DNA of 64,000 nucleotides. Source: Eledone cirrhosa. Taxonomy: Eukaryota. The notes below the pieces were generated by a model that saw only the letters and a program-made list of their open reading frames with translations, was not told the DNA's origin and ran no database searches. The stretch's first letter is position 1. Every line of letters begins with the position of its first letter. The position numbers and the translations under genes were made by a program. The stretch is taken from positions 58,218,001 through 58,282,000 of the forward strand of contig OZ024747.1 of assembly GCA_964016885.1 (NCBI GenBank), in the 5' to 3' direction. Positions 15,170 to 29,892 of this stretch are shown here, in pieces.

Positions 15170-15460
15170 AAAGTTATATTTAAATTGTTGGGTTACAACG
15201 AGTAAATATTTATAACTGATATAAAAGCACTCAACAAGTATTTGGAGTATATTTACGATATTAAATAAATGGAAATTATATTTATAAAACCATATTTATT
15301 TCATTATTATAAGGTATGTCGAATCTATTTATTTATAAGACTGTCTATATTGTATTTTGTCTGAAGAAGGCATAACATATTTTTAATATGATATCCCTGA
15401 AATATATATAATGAAATAAATATGGTTTTATAAATATAATTTCCATTTATTTAATATCGT
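15168..15460 (+). mobile_element. Family B HHR element with internal inverted duplication (HHR 15353-15418)
   Basis: tattttgt-CTGAAGA-...-GAAA-TATATA-TA-atgaaata. 15256-15306 is the reverse complement of ~15408-15460. Confidence 0.75.
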
Positions 15461-15889
15461 ATATATATATATATATATTTAAAAGAATAGAGGTGTAACA
15501 CACAAGTTATGATATATTGGTAAACGGAATAGAAAATGCTGACAAATAGTTTAATTAGGAATAAGTGAGAATTAGTAATATTATTGGTTAGTATTCAGTT
15601 TTGGTTTTAAGTTTTACCGGTTGCGCATTTCTAATGCTTTGCAAAAATAATTTTGAGATAGAGCGTCCGTGATGTTTGCTCTGATCTGATTAGCTTTGAG
15701 AATTCTACCTGTTTTTATGTAAAAAAAAGTGGCTCCAACGGTATTAAAATAAGTTTTGCGCCAATCCGTGTTGCAAAAATTCTTGTGGTCAAAACAATTT
15801 TGATTCATCGGTAGAGGTCATGTGAATGTAAAAAATTGATTTTGCGCCAAATGTAGGTTTGGGAAATGAAATTTCGTTTCATTTTTTCC

Positions 15890-15962
<73 letters not shown>

Positions 15963-16962
15963 CATTTATATATATATATTTATATATATATACATACATT
16001 CACTTGTATACAAGTATATACATATTTACACAATTTCTGATGGCCGTTGACCATCCAAACCTTTGTGAGATTTTTTTTGTCCTGCAGTGTGTCCAAAATC
16101 AGACTCCTCACCAAGTAAACTTGGCGAGGTTGCCGGCTTAGTCGCCGACGACCCGACCATACGACAGGTTGTACATGTTACCAGTAGCACGCATGAATGA
16201 GCCGACATACATACACACATACATACATACATACATACATACATACATACATACATACATACATACATACATACATACATACATACATACATACATACAT
16301 GGTTTATACATGTTTCCTTGATATCCTACTTCGAACAAAATATGAAGTAGTAGACCCAGAAGGACCTAAACTAATAGAATTATTTTGCTGTGACGATGAA
16401 CACGGACTGGTTCGTCTATGATTTTCTGTTTGGTTTATTCAAAACATTTTGTGAAATTATTCGTTATCAAGCGGGTGGACATTGCAGAAAATTTTATATA
16501 CTTGATATATATTGCTAATGGATATTCTTTCAACTACTCCAGCATCATAATATGCAAACATCCAGAGAGTATTCCTGGGAATTAGCCAAGTTAGCTAATA
16601 ATTATACATAAAATATTCTGTTAAGCTTCTCGACGTACAGTTGTATCGTTAAGAGGTTATGTTCTCAACCACTCAACCATCGTTTCTAGATGAAGTCCGG
16701 CTGCGAGATAGCTTAGGCAAATGTATTTTACTATTGCCTTAGGGGGTTGGCAGGTCAATGAGTTGAAGTTTGCAGACTTAAAATGCAGAAGCCTCTCATT
16801 TATATATATATATATTGAGTTTGAATTATTTTCCCATATCTTACGTTAAATAGTTTCCATCTTGACGTTCTTTGCTTAAAAATACAGTTGGCTTCTTCTT
16901 CACATTAATTTCTATATTTTCATTTATATATATATATATATATATACATGTGTGTGTGTATA

Positions 16963-17059
<97 letters not shown>

Positions 17060-17061
17060 TA

Positions 17062-17240
17062 ATAATTGTTTCTATTTTTGGCACAAGGCCAGTATTACTG
17101 GTACTTTATTTTAATGACCCCGTAAGGATGAAAGGCAAAGTTAACCTCGACAGGATTTGAACTCAGAATGGCAAGTGCCGTAACTCTATACGTCAAAGCA
17201 TGGCGTCCGACCCTCTACCGATGCTGCCAATCTACCGCCC
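17062..17240 (-). mobile_element. tRNA-derived SINE, family 1
   Basis: Near full-length match to the window consensus. Confidence 0.9.
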
Positions 17241-17566
17241 TAAACATTCAGAGTAGATCTTACCCGAGATTGAACTCCAGACCAGGATCTCCGCCCTCTC
17301 TAACACTTACCACTAGGCTACCGAGACAACTATATATATATATATATAGTAATAATAAGTGTGAAGAATAAAATCTGAAGAGGGCTCGATAAGGTTTAGA
17401 TATATATAATCGCGTAGAGCAAATATTTATTATAAGTACAAATAAAAGTTTAAACAAAGATTTGCTGCTTTCACCCTTTTACGGGATCTTATGAAACTTG
17501 GACATTTCAGAATATCCCGTAATAGGGTGAAAGCAGCGATTCTTTGCTTAAAAATACAACCTGTAC

Positions 17567-17632
<66 letters not shown>

Positions 17633-18104
17633 CATATGTGATTGCTTGTATGGCTATGTTTATGTGAGTGCCTGTGTGTCTGATTATATGCCACAACAAA
17701 GTGGGTCGATGAAAATATGTCTGTAAGATATATATCAGATATGTCAATACAAATATTGGCGCCGATAAAATCGACTAAATCATGATGATGCCCCTACATG
17801 TCAGCTTTCAAATAACTGAAAAGAGAAAGAAAAATAAATTACGAAAAATGTACTTATTTGTTTTGATGTAAAGAATGTTGTAACAATATGATTTCACATT
17901 ATGTAATGTTTGTACGTATCGACATCTGAGCTGCCAATCATATGAACGATAACTTTAAAGTTGAAACGCCGATTTTCGATGCAGAGCTCATATGTTGGTA
18001 ATAGTTTCTGCTTGTTTGTTATGCAAGGAGAATTTCCAAGCTCAACATTACAACTTGGTATTAGCTAAGGTCTTATAGATCATGGAAATAATGTATTGAT
18101 GATA

Positions 18105-18445
18105 ATGATTTCTACTACAGGCACAAGGCCAACAATTTTGATGGTGGGGAATTCGATTAAATCGTCCTCAGTGCATTACTGGTGCTTTATTTTATCGACC
18201 AGTAAGGATGAAAGGCAAAGCTAATCGCGGTGGGATTTGATTTCAGAACGTAAAGGGCTAAACATATATTGAAAATAAATCTTTCCCATTATAGCCAACA
18301 ATTTTTTTTTTTTTTTTTTGGGGGGGGGGGTCGATTAAATCGACCCCAGTCACTTGCTAGTGTTTTATTTTATCGTCTCAGTGAGGAGGAAGAGTAAAGC
18401 TAACCTCGGTGGTATTTGAACTCAAAAAGTAAAGGGCTATAAATA
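18105..18445 (-). mobile_element. Two adjacent partial family-1 SINEs (long variant)
   Basis: Both contain tcgattaaatcg..cagt...ggtgYtttattttatcg...aaagctaa..Ycggtgg.atttga. Confidence 0.8.
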
Positions 18446-19644
18446 TATTGAAAATAATTGTTTCTACCTTTGGTACAATGCCATTAAATATATTGAAAAT
18501 AATAACTGCTTTTCTTATCAAAAAGCTGGACAGAAATGCAAAGTATACAATTAACTACAGCTACGTGGCCAACGATAAAAGCGCGTTCTATTCTTATTAG
18601 TGTACCTGTAGTTTCAGTTCAAATATTACTGTTTCTCTAATTGGGTTTGAATTTAAATTAGATCATACCAAGATATGTGCATGCACGCTGAGCATTTAAA
18701 CTAAAACACTTAACCACACATGATACATGGGTTACCTTCTATTTAAGTACAAATCCAGCAATTTTCACAAGTAAAAAAGAATGGAAAATAATACTGCTTA
18801 CTGAAATTGTTGGGGCTGTAGGTGTAAAGAAATGGATTTGAGCACGAAATCATTTAAAGAAAATCGTCTTCCCGAGCATTTAAATTTCGTCATAATTCAC
18901 ACGTTCAATACAAAATAATTATGTTAAAGATTGCTTTCAACTCAATCACAGAGTACTGATATTTAAGCATCATCATTATATTCTAGACAGTTAATAAAAT
19001 GTGAAATAATTTCTTCATTCAGGGTTATTCTTTCATCTTCATTCTCCTTCTCAATCACTCCAATTTTTTCTCATTCGTTATGGGACTGATTGAATATGAA
19101 TATGCAACTAAGACACAAAACAAAAATAAAAATAAATCATCATTCGGTATTTTATAAAGGAGTGAATCCCACCAACCAAGTTGTAGTAGATAATATAATT
19201 CACTTTCTGCATAACCTACAATGGACGGACGTAATGCAACAATCTTTTTATCATTTATATTTTTTTATCTCCTGTAAATGCAAAATAATACATGGATTAA
19301 AGGTCAGGTGAAATCTTTGTCAAACAGATATGAACTAAAAAGAACAGTGTGGGCAAATGAAAGAAAAAGAAAATAATAGAACGCATTTCTTTGAAAAGCA
19401 GACATTTTTTTATGAAAATTCTATTTATGTATTCTCCAGATTCAGTAATGCCTTTTATTCAAGTCTTATATATTTCTGTGATTGCAATTGCAGATGGCAG
19501 TATCTTCTTGACTTCCACATCCTATTGAATCTGTCTTTTACTGCATCTCTTCAGAGGTTTGATTCCATATTGTCTTAAATCCTCTCTCTGTCCTTCTCAT
19601 CTCAAGCTCCACCTCTATCTCACTCACCTCCGATTGCTCTTTCC

Positions 19645-19690
<46 letters not shown>

Positions 19691-19822
19691 GATGTGTGTG
19701 TATGTGTGTGTGTGTCTGTGTGGTCATACAAGAGATGCATATATACATATATAAGATTTTTCCAACGATAAAAGAGATGTATGTTCATACTGTATATATA
19801 CATATATTGATGTGTACATATG

Positions 19823-19915
<93 letters not shown>

Positions 19916-20401
19916 ATATATATATTTATTTATTTATTATACATATATATAAATATGTATATATATATATATATATACATATATAAATATATATATGTGT
20001 GTGTGTGTGTCTATGTGTCTTTGAAAAATAGTATATCTTGTGAAAGAATATCAGGAATTCCTGAGCAATAGCTAAACTTATTGCGAAACACATGAAAATA
20101 TCGATCAGAGTTTATATTTTTATGCACTTATTTTGATTTGCAGTTTTCTTGTATTATTGTTGTTATTATTAATGTGATATATGTTTTAACCATACCAATT
20201 CTCTTTGTCTAGTATGTGTCTATTTGGAACAAAGATACTTTTCTGAATTCATACAAACACACACATACACATACGCACGAACGTACATATATACTTATAT
20301 ATATATGCATATATATGTATGAATATATATATATATATATACATATATACAAATAAAATATAGTTATTAACTCATATAGATACCCTGCAATTAACAAGCT
20401 C

Positions 20402-20449
<48 letters not shown>

Positions 20450-20642
20450 GTATGTATGTAAGTATGTATGTGCGTGTGTTGTGTGTGTGTGTGTGTGTGT
20501 GCGTGTGTGTGTGTGTGTCAGCGTGTATACATATGGTTATATTTTCAATCCTTGTTATTCGCATATTTCTTTCGGTGTGATTCGTGGTTTTGTTTCCTTG
20601 GGTCATATATACACACACACACACACACACACATACACACAC

Positions 20643-20679
<37 letters not shown>

Positions 20680-20719
20680 TATTATATATATATATATACA
20701 TATGTATATATATATATAT

Positions 20720-20817
<98 letters not shown>

Positions 20818-21148
20818 TTCTCGGTTTCTCGGGAAATACGAAGACATTCAAAGATCTCTCTGATTGACAGCAGAGTTTATAAGAACCAAATACATTAATG
20901 GAATTTCAATTCAGTATATTCTACTCATTTATCTGAAGGCAATTTTGGAAAGAAAAATGAAATACATAAAGAGATAAATATAAAAATATATTGATACTAA
21001 ACAAAACGAAATGGAAAAGTAGAGAAAACTCCATCCCCAAACGAGCAAATAAACAAACAAGCAGCGAAACTTGTATACATACCTAATGTATACATAAATA
21101 CATGCATACATATATAAATACATACGCACAGGCACATACAGTCCTACC

Positions 21149-21229
<81 letters not shown>

Positions 21230-21829
21230 CATATATCTGTATATATGTGTATGTCTGTGTGTGTGTTTGTGTCTGTGTATGTGTGTGTGTGTATTCAGAG
21301 AACACGCAAAGGAAAGTCATTACATTGCAGCACACAATATGTAAGCAAAAACAAATAATTGGAAAATACACTTTTATTATATTCTGCCGAACACGGCGTC
21401 GCTGGGTCTATAGAGACAATGAGACGCCAAAATAAGATCCCTGTTGACAAAAGGATGCTGCAAAAGGAACAGGAATCTGACAAAAAAAACAACAACCTGA
21501 AAATATAAGAGTGCATTTCTCTCCTCCTCTCCCAGCTACTATTTCTTTCTCTCACTCACCCTCTCCTATAATGTGTCTCTCTCTCTCTCCGAATGTATTT
21601 CTATCTCAATCTTTTTCAGCCTATCTTTCTCTCCATCGATGTGTCTCATTCTCCACCTTTCGTATTCAATGAATAAAAAGATATACACATTCATTCAATA
21701 TTTCCGTCCCTTCCACTCGCCTCCTCCCATCCACCTTCCATCATATACACTTCAATTCTACTCCATCAATCAGATTTTCTCTCACTATTCTTCTTACTTC
21801 ATTTAAAATTCTGACATAAGATGCATTAA

Positions 21830-21837
21830 TATTATTA

Positions 21838-21906
<69 letters not shown>
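21830..21906. repeat. (ATT)n microsatellite
   Basis: Directly visible. Confidence 0.95.
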
Positions 21907-22755
21907 GGGCGGTGGATTGGCAGTATCGTTAGCGCGTCGAATAACATTTTTTGCGGCATTTTCTTACATCCCTTTACGTTTTGAGTTCAAATTTCACTGA
22001 GGTTGCCTTTCATACTTACAGGGTCGATAAAATAAAGCACCAGTAACTTACTGGGATCGATTTAATCGAACTTTCCCCTTCCCCCAAATTACTGGTCTTG
22101 TGTCTATACTAGAAATCAATATCATTATTATTATTAGGGCAATTGAGGTAAATAGGCAGTATTGGTACAGCGTTGGACGCCATGATTTGCAGCACAGAGT
22201 TACGGCCCTTTAAAATATGAGTCCATTTCCCACCGAGGTTAACATTGTATTTCATCCTTACGTGGTCGGTAAAATAAAGCACTAGTAATCTACTGGGGTG
22301 GATTTAAACGACTTTCCCCAAATTACTGGCCTTGTGCCTACACTAGAAATCATTATTAGGGCAGTGGATGGGCAGCATCGGTACAGCGTCGAACAACATA
22401 CTTTGCGGCATTTTCTCATATCGTTTTACGTCCTGAGTTCAAATCTCGCCGAGGTTAGCTTTGCATTTCTTACTTCCGTGGTTGATAAAATAAAGTGCCA
22501 TTGTGCACTGGGTTCAATTTAATCGACCCCCCCCCCCCTTCAGATTGCTGGCCTTGTGCCTAACGAAGAAACAAATATTATTATTATTATTATTAAGACG
22601 ATTGATTGGCAGTATCATTAGAGCGCCCGACAACATGCATTGCAGCATTTTCTTACACTCTTTTCCGTTCTGAGTTCAAATCTCGCCGAGATGAACTTTG
22701 TCTTACGAATTAGATAAAATAAATACCAGTAACTCACTGAGATCGATTTAATCGT
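21907..22755 (+). mobile_element. Head-to-tail array of four family-1 SINEs separated by (ATT)n tails
   Basis: Copies start at ~21907, 22136, 22358 and 22596. Confidence 0.85.
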
Positions 22756-22779
22756 TGTCCCTATGTCTAAATCAAAGTG

Positions 22780-23830
22780 CATTATTATTTTATACGTTTG
22801 ATTTGCACATTATTTCATCGTCATGCTGAATCTCAAACAGAGACCTCAGACACATATACATTAGATACCGAGAAACATCTGGAGAATGTGAGTGGTTTAT
22901 GGCAACACGTTTTTCAAACCTCACAGATAGTTTCCCTGGGATGTTGTCAAAAGATGTGTTGCGCCCACCACAAAATGGATGATTTTGGTTTACCATTGCC
23001 ACCTACTCTATATCTCAATCTCAAGTTAGTTGTATTTAGATAGTTTTTAAACTTCTTTTGCTGAGATGTTTCTATCAGTAGGTACCGTCGTAACAATTAA
23101 CAGTATGTTTTTTTACCTTAGACTTTCATAATGTTGTCTGGCCTGTTAGCAATTATTTGCTTGTCTGTATTTATCCAATAATTATTATGTATAACATGGC
23201 AACATATATGAGGAAAAGACAGACAGAAGGGAAGAGGGAAACGGAATCACCTTGGAATATTTCGCGATATATTCCGATATTTTCTGACATAGTCAACGCT
23301 CTCTCATAGCTGAGATTCGATTTTTCATTGAGCAATTTTTGAGTATCATACGGTATGATGTATTTTTTCGAGCCAGTATGATGTTTTTTTTGAGGTTTCT
23401 GATGATAAAGGAGAAACATACCATATGATGATGAGGTGCTATTAAACCAGACACTTTTGGTTTTATCATATCCAGGAGAATTCCACATATAACATTTAGA
23501 TAGAGATTGCGTTAGGTCCTGCATTTTACTATGCTCCCATTCCTGTTCTTCAATCGCAGCCATTTCTTCCTCTTCTCTCCCTACCCTATCAATTTCCTCG
23601 TTAAATTCCCTTCTAGCGTCCCATATGCTTCACCAAATGTCTTTTACTCTTTCGTATCAGGTCGGTCTTTTACATCAATTGACTCTTTCCCTAAGAAGTT
23701 TTTAGTTGTGTACCGTTTTCAAGTATATTATTTTGTCTATGAAATGTGTTCCTCGTTTCATATCTGCGTAAGCGTTGGGCCTCAAACTGAACTTATTGCT
23801 TAACAATCTCTTTCGGGTAATTTTTCCCGG
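22780..23830 (-). mobile_element. Degenerate R4/Dong-like (restriction-like endonuclease) non-LTR fragment
   Basis: The minus strand reads 'IYREIFQGDSVS' (RT GI-QGD-LSP motif) and 'QIIANRPDN', followed by K-KY-L-like RLE residues. Internally deleted; boundaries approximate. Confidence 0.6.
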
Positions 23831-25068
23831 TAAGTTTGATAGATTTTCATTTGTTTGCATATCGTTTCTTGTTAAAATTCACATATAGCTGTGTTTCGAC
23901 AAACACGTGTCACATTAACATACATCTCAGAGTAATTTAAGGGAAAACAGTGTGCAATAAGACTTGCTCTCTAAATACAAGCACAGGTTTGCGAACAACT
24001 TTCCACTGACCACTTTCTTTCACATGCCATGTGTGCAACACAGTTTATATTAAACGAGACTTGTCTTAGATGTCATACAGTGATAGCTAGTACATCACAC
24101 TAGATTCAGAAATAAATGCATGGTTGTAAAATGACTACTTAAACGTTGGACAATTTTTCCTCCAACCGAATAGCTGAAATTAATATTTGATTTGTTTTCG
24201 TTTCTTTTCACTAGATAAACAAAGTTTTCATATAATAACATATTTTTTTCACTCCAAGAAAATTAATCTTTACGTGGAGCAAGTTCACACTTCCACAGTG
24301 TTATAGAATAAACACTTGAATTACTAACCGAAATGATTAAAGGTAGAATGTACACAACCAAGATTTGAGCTTTGAACATATATAGATATATTTCAACACT
24401 ACAATATATCTTGGTCTGAATATGTGCACAATATAACGTATTGCCTAATTAGTGATATTCACATGGTATACAAAGATTCTAAAGAATTCAATCAGATTCT
24501 ATACAAAATTTATGATGGCTTTTTAAAAAAATGATTTCTAATCAATTCAAATGAGTTTAACATCCTACATATGTATAATTCGTATACCAGCTTCTTCTGT
24601 TCATATGTGTGTAAGAGCATAATATATCTTAGGCAAAATATGGCGTCTGTCTGAATTATAATTTACGAAATTTAAATAAATGATAAAAAATAAAACAGTA
24701 TACTCCGAATGTTGCTAATAATATATAAAATAAAGGCAATGACTGCGAATTAGAAAGTTTCATAAATGACGCAATGTATAGTTACAGTTTCTAATATATG
24801 TGATCTGAATAAAACACAGATATAGACAGGCTCCTTCCTTAGATACAGATTCAAAGTAATGCGTATTATATAAACGTAGTCTCTCAGATGTTGTTGTTGA
24901 CGAAGTTTTTGGAAAGTTATTTGGGTGATTTATACTGAGTTTAATTCATTAAGTTCTATACTAGTAATACACCTGTAGACACATACATTCATAGATATAC
25001 CGTTAAATATATATAACATCACATTTTGTATCTGTCTATCTATCTATATATCTATCTTTGTCTGTATG

Positions 25069-25099
<31 letters not shown>

Positions 25100-25154
25100 A
25101 TATATATATACACATATATATAATATATATATGTATGTATATGTAGTAATATGA

Positions 25155-25193
<39 letters not shown>

Positions 25194-25194
<1 letters not shown>

Positions 25195-28100
25195 TAGCAG
25201 AAGTGCCCGGCGTTGCTCGGGGTTTAATTGCTTTAAAGTACTCTTAATGATTCCACTCAATTATGATTATTGAGGCAAAGATTGATATAAGTTCCCGGCC
25301 AGCCAATCGATTTGCAACGGGATAGAAAGTCCTGCAAAGGGCTTTGCAACACTCTCAGAAGGGGGTAACAATTGAATGTGAGGTGCCCCTGAAAAGGGCC
25401 GTGTTATCGTTCTCACAATGATAACAATTTGGTAGGAAGTTCTGGAAAGGTGTGTAAAACGTTCGCAGGTGAATAGGGCCCCTTCCTCTTCCACCAACGG
25501 CAGTGGACGTGCTGTCCCAACACTTCATGCTCTGTAAAAACAGATTGGATGCCCTATGGAGGAAAGAGGGGGAATAAGCATGGGTAAGTAAATACGGGTA
25601 TGTTTGAAAATATACAACAATAGCATCTACTCACTATATGTCAGACCGGCAAGACTGTAGTGGTGCTGAATAGAGGAGTCACAACACCTCTCTGTAGACC
25701 ACATTTTTTGTTCTGCCTTTGGGCGCAAGTATGAATAAGTTCTGCTTGCATCCGACTCTTGAGCATGCGACGTATAATTGGCCGTGTGAGAAGCACAGCT
25801 GGCCTAAATGGAGGCCTGCTGTTGTTAGCGTTTGGCCTTGAGACTTGTTGATTGACATCGCGAAGCAAGGTTTAACGGGGAATTGAAGTCGGTGCAGAGT
25901 ACAGGGGCATTCCTAACCTGATGGAGTTAATGGTATTCTGGGTATAAAGACGTTTTCTCCAGCGCCGCACCCCGTGAGAATTGTGGCTTCAATTACATGC
26001 GGCAGGAGGTTTCTCACCACTAACCGTGTTCCATTGAAGAGACGCGGTGTTTCCTTGTTCCTCAACAACATCACTGGAGCCCCAACTTTGAGGCGCAGTT
26101 CATGAGGTGGCAGTCCGGTGAGGTCCAAGGAATTGAGGAATTCTGTGGGAAAATCGTCAATCTCAACTTTGTCCACAACTGTGTCTACAGATTTGTAGGT
26201 ATGGAGGTTTCCAGAAGGTCCTCATTGATTTTTGTAACAGAGACATTTTTGGGGCTAATATGGCTCTATTGCACAGCCAACTCGTGTTTTTGTAGTTGAT
26301 GGCCATATCGGGAGAGACAGAGGCTGTGATGTCGTCAACAGTGGCGATAACGGTGCCTACTTGCGAGACTGCCATTTTCCAGCTGCATCTGAAGGGGCAG
26401 TGCCGTCACCAACTGTTAAGAGGTCCTTCAAGAAGTCGGCTGATAAGTGGTTGCCGAACAGTTGGGCTCTCATCTTTGTTGTGAGGGTCAGAATTGTCAC
26501 CTCCTGCCACAGGGGAGATGATTTAATGCAAGCCCCCCACAGTGTCGGCCCTGGTGGCTTTTGGAACAACTGGAAGAGTTTGTCGAAAATCGCCAGACAG
26601 CAGTAGAGATACTCCTCCCATCGGCCGGCTGCATTCCCTGATGTCTCTTAGTGTCCTGTCTAACACCTCAAGGGACCCTTTATAGGCCATTGTGCATTCG
26701 TCCCACACAATTAGCTGGCATATTTTCAAGACTCCTGCTTTGTCAGAGTCCTTGGTGATATTGCAGGTTATTGTGTCGTCTGAAGTCGCGTTGAATGGTA
26801 GTTTAAATGCGGAATGAGCTGACCTACCTCCCGGCGGCAGAGTTGCGGCAATCCCAGAAGAAGCCACAGCCAGGGCGATTCCTTTTTGCTGTTGCACTTT
26901 GGAAAGGAGGATTTTAGTGACGAATGTTTTACCAGTTCCTCCTGGGGCGTCCAAAAAGAAGATACCACCTGTGTGTTGACGAATAGAAGTGCAAACTGTC
27001 ATAGGCCCGCCGTTGGTCCTGCAACAATTTCGGCTCGTTTTCGTTGATGAACAGTTCGAGGGTGTCGACGTCGTAGGCAGTTTCCTGAATTATGCCCATC
27101 GGAAGCTTGTCCGAGCCCGTTCGCTGAACTTTTGGCAGACGATAGAATGAAAGGTCATTTCCGCCGGCAGTTAGTATTTTGTCCTCGATGTCAATGAGAG
27201 CTTTGTTGACGAATTCGTCGCTGAGTCGTACGTCGGAATGAGGGAGTAGCAGTTGTCTTTGGTGTATGCAGTCATCGGAAAGGTCCTCTTTGTATTTCTC
27301 CCATAAGGATACAGGGTCGCTTAGCTCGCATGTCTGCAGTAGTACCGCAAAGAGTTGCTGAATACTTCGTGCTGAGCGTATTGTAGCTGCCTCCGCCAAT
27401 GTTGCATCCCGCTGAGCGCCATCTTCCAGGCAGGCTGCGCGGAATGATGTACAAACCTCTCCGTTGATTATTTTCAGATCGTCAAAAGATGTTGTTCCTA
27501 CCACCCCATGCAGTAGAAGGCGGAGATAAAAGCATTCCTGTTGGTTAGGATGAATTGTGTAGACTCTCCCAAGGGTAGGGGTGATTTTTATGTCTGGATG
27601 TCCCTCGACGGGCTGTCCTTTCACCCTTCTTAACCAAATTATGTTGTCTGTGTTCCAAGTGTAGTATGATGGCACCTGAGAGTAGAAGAGGGTCTTGGCG
27701 AAGGGATCGTTTCGGCATAACTTAAAAAATGCTGTAAGTGTGGTGTCCTTGTGTTCCTCTGCTATCTCAGCAGCGTTTTGAAGGTGCACCGCCAACTGTT
27801 TGATTGGGCGGGTAGTTATGGTGTATTGCAAAGTGGAAGAATTGCCAGAACGCTTCATTACTGCAGATGTATCGGCCGACCTGGTATCGAGCGATTTTGT
27901 CTCGGCTGTTCTCCATTGTAAGACCGAAGGACGCAGCATCGGACCCCTTATTTATGTACCTGCAGAGATACTTTATTGATTTGACGGAGTGGCAGTATTC
28001 AACGTTAATGTGGGCGTTAAACATTTGAAGCAGAAGTGGGCAGTAGGGTACAATGCATCGGTTGTCGACGTGGTGATGTGGGGTTTTCGCAACAATTCCT

Positions 28101-29365
28101 CCGTCCGTTGGCTCTCTGCGGCGGTATAATGGGTAACCGTCGCCATCTGTCTGAGTTTCCGTAGGAATGGCCTTCGATACCTCTTGGTGCACCTTCTTTC
28201 TTTAATGCATGGCGAATTCATGTTGAAACCGTTTCCGCATGGCCCGTGAACCATGTGAGCAGTGACGATGTTGTGGAGTTCTCTGTCCAACTTCGAGTCG
28301 GGTATTTCTGCTGAAATAATGCTGTCAATGCTGGTTCCGTTATTTTCGTTATTAGCCAAATGAGTAGGTGGGCGTGTGGGCGGCCTCTCTTTCGCCACTC
28401 AACGGTGTATACGTAGCACCTAACAGATCCAAAGGCCTTGTATGAGTTCAATAAGTTTTGTCAATTTCATGTGGAAGACTCGTGCCATAATGTCGTGTCT
28501 GTCTGACGCCCTTTGTCCGGGGAATAATTCCGCGTTAATTTCTGTCCACTTAGGGTTGCAAGTTAAAGTGATGAAGAGATCCGGTCTGTCGTAGAGACGC
28601 ACGTAAGTCATAGCATCCTGTGTGCGTTCACTCATGTATCGGGGACTCCCAATAAACGTCAACGGAAGGATACACCTTTTTCCAAGGTTCTCGGGATCGA
28701 CATCCTTCCTTACTCCACCCCATAGGTGAATGTAGCTGTCCGAACGAAGGCGTGCTTGATTGTTTCTTATGTAGCACAGCCTTTCAGATTCCATCTTTGC
28801 GCACGCGTCTATAGAAAGTTGGTTGAAGAGTACTCTTGCACGGTGGAGGTGATTAAAGCAGCATTTGCGGACCATGAATCGGTAGGCGAAGAATTGCATA
28901 CAATTTTGTTTTTGTTGCACAAAGGAATTCCAAAGTGGTATCCGTCGTCACATAATGGGAAAAGAAGGGGTATTGGAATGCGTCGTAGGACCTATGCGTC
29001 TCGCTGATCCTTTGCAGAGTGTTGTCCCTACACTAAAGTATGATGGCCCACTTGTTGAACTGTTCTCCATGAAGAAGCACAGCTATTTTATTGTACGTGG
29101 GAGCATTAAAACGGCCGGCGTGGGTGCCTGGTGGTTTCTTGTCAGCGTCGATTATAACAGCACAATTTGGCACCGGAGCGGCCTCCAATGCGCATTTAGT
29201 TTTATCGATTTTTTCATAGAAGCAGGAAATTCTTGGCAAAGTTTATCTCGCGTTGACCATTGTCGGTAAATTTCGGGCACATTGGAAAAAAAATCATCAA
29301 AATCGGTAGACAAATGTGGAAATGCATAAACATCATACACACAGACAGACAGGCATCTTCAGTTT

Positions 29366-29370
<5 letters not shown>
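25194..29370 (-). mobile_element. Helitron (decayed autonomous copy)
   Basis: The minus-strand 3' end reads CCCGAGCAACGCCGGG-CACTTCTG-CTAG (hairpin plus CTAG; CTAG at 25194-25197). The 5' end TATATTTAAAACTGAAGATGCCTGTCTGTC merges into (TA)n. Rep/helicase inside. Confidence 0.92.
25690..29240 (-). pseudogene. Helitron Rep(HUH-Y2)-PIF1-like SF1 helicase, multiply frameshifted
   Basis: Rep motifs PDLFITLTCNPKW, VYTVEWRKRGRPHAH and KYLCRYINKG. Helicase motifs FLDAPGGTGKT, IVWDE, SGDFRQTLPV, LKVGAPVMLLRN and NGTRL. Confidence 0.93.
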
Positions 29371-29426
<56 letters not shown>

Positions 29427-29582
29427 GTGTTCGTGTGTGTGTGTGTGTCAGTTTCAATCGGGAGTAATCACTGTAAGTAAGGCACTCAAAATATAGTAGA
29501 GTATATACAATGTTTAATATAGAAATGGCTTCTATAGGATTTGAACTGTTTCATTCGAATGAAATCATAATCATCATAATCG

Positions 29583-29691
<109 letters not shown>

Positions 29692-29868
29692 ATATTAACA
29701 AATGGAAACTATATTTATAAAACCGTATTTATTTCATTATACATATTTCAGGGCCACCTGAGCAAACTATGGTGCGCTTTCATCAGATAAAATATAATAT
29801 AGATTAGTTTTATAAATATTGACATACCCTTAAAAAATGCAACCATTATGGTTGGATGGAATCTCCTA
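29692..29868 (-). mobile_element. Family B HHR element, partial (HHR 29730-29794)
   Basis: Minus strand: tattttat-CTGATGA-aagcgcacc..ggtggccct-GAAA-tatgta-TA-atgaaata. Confidence 0.72.
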
Positions 29869-29892
29869 TATATATATATATATATATATATA

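Noticed and set aside
21295-21555. Minus-strand ORF after an acceptor-like site
   Set aside because: No recognisable protein and no clear donor; not enough to call an exon.
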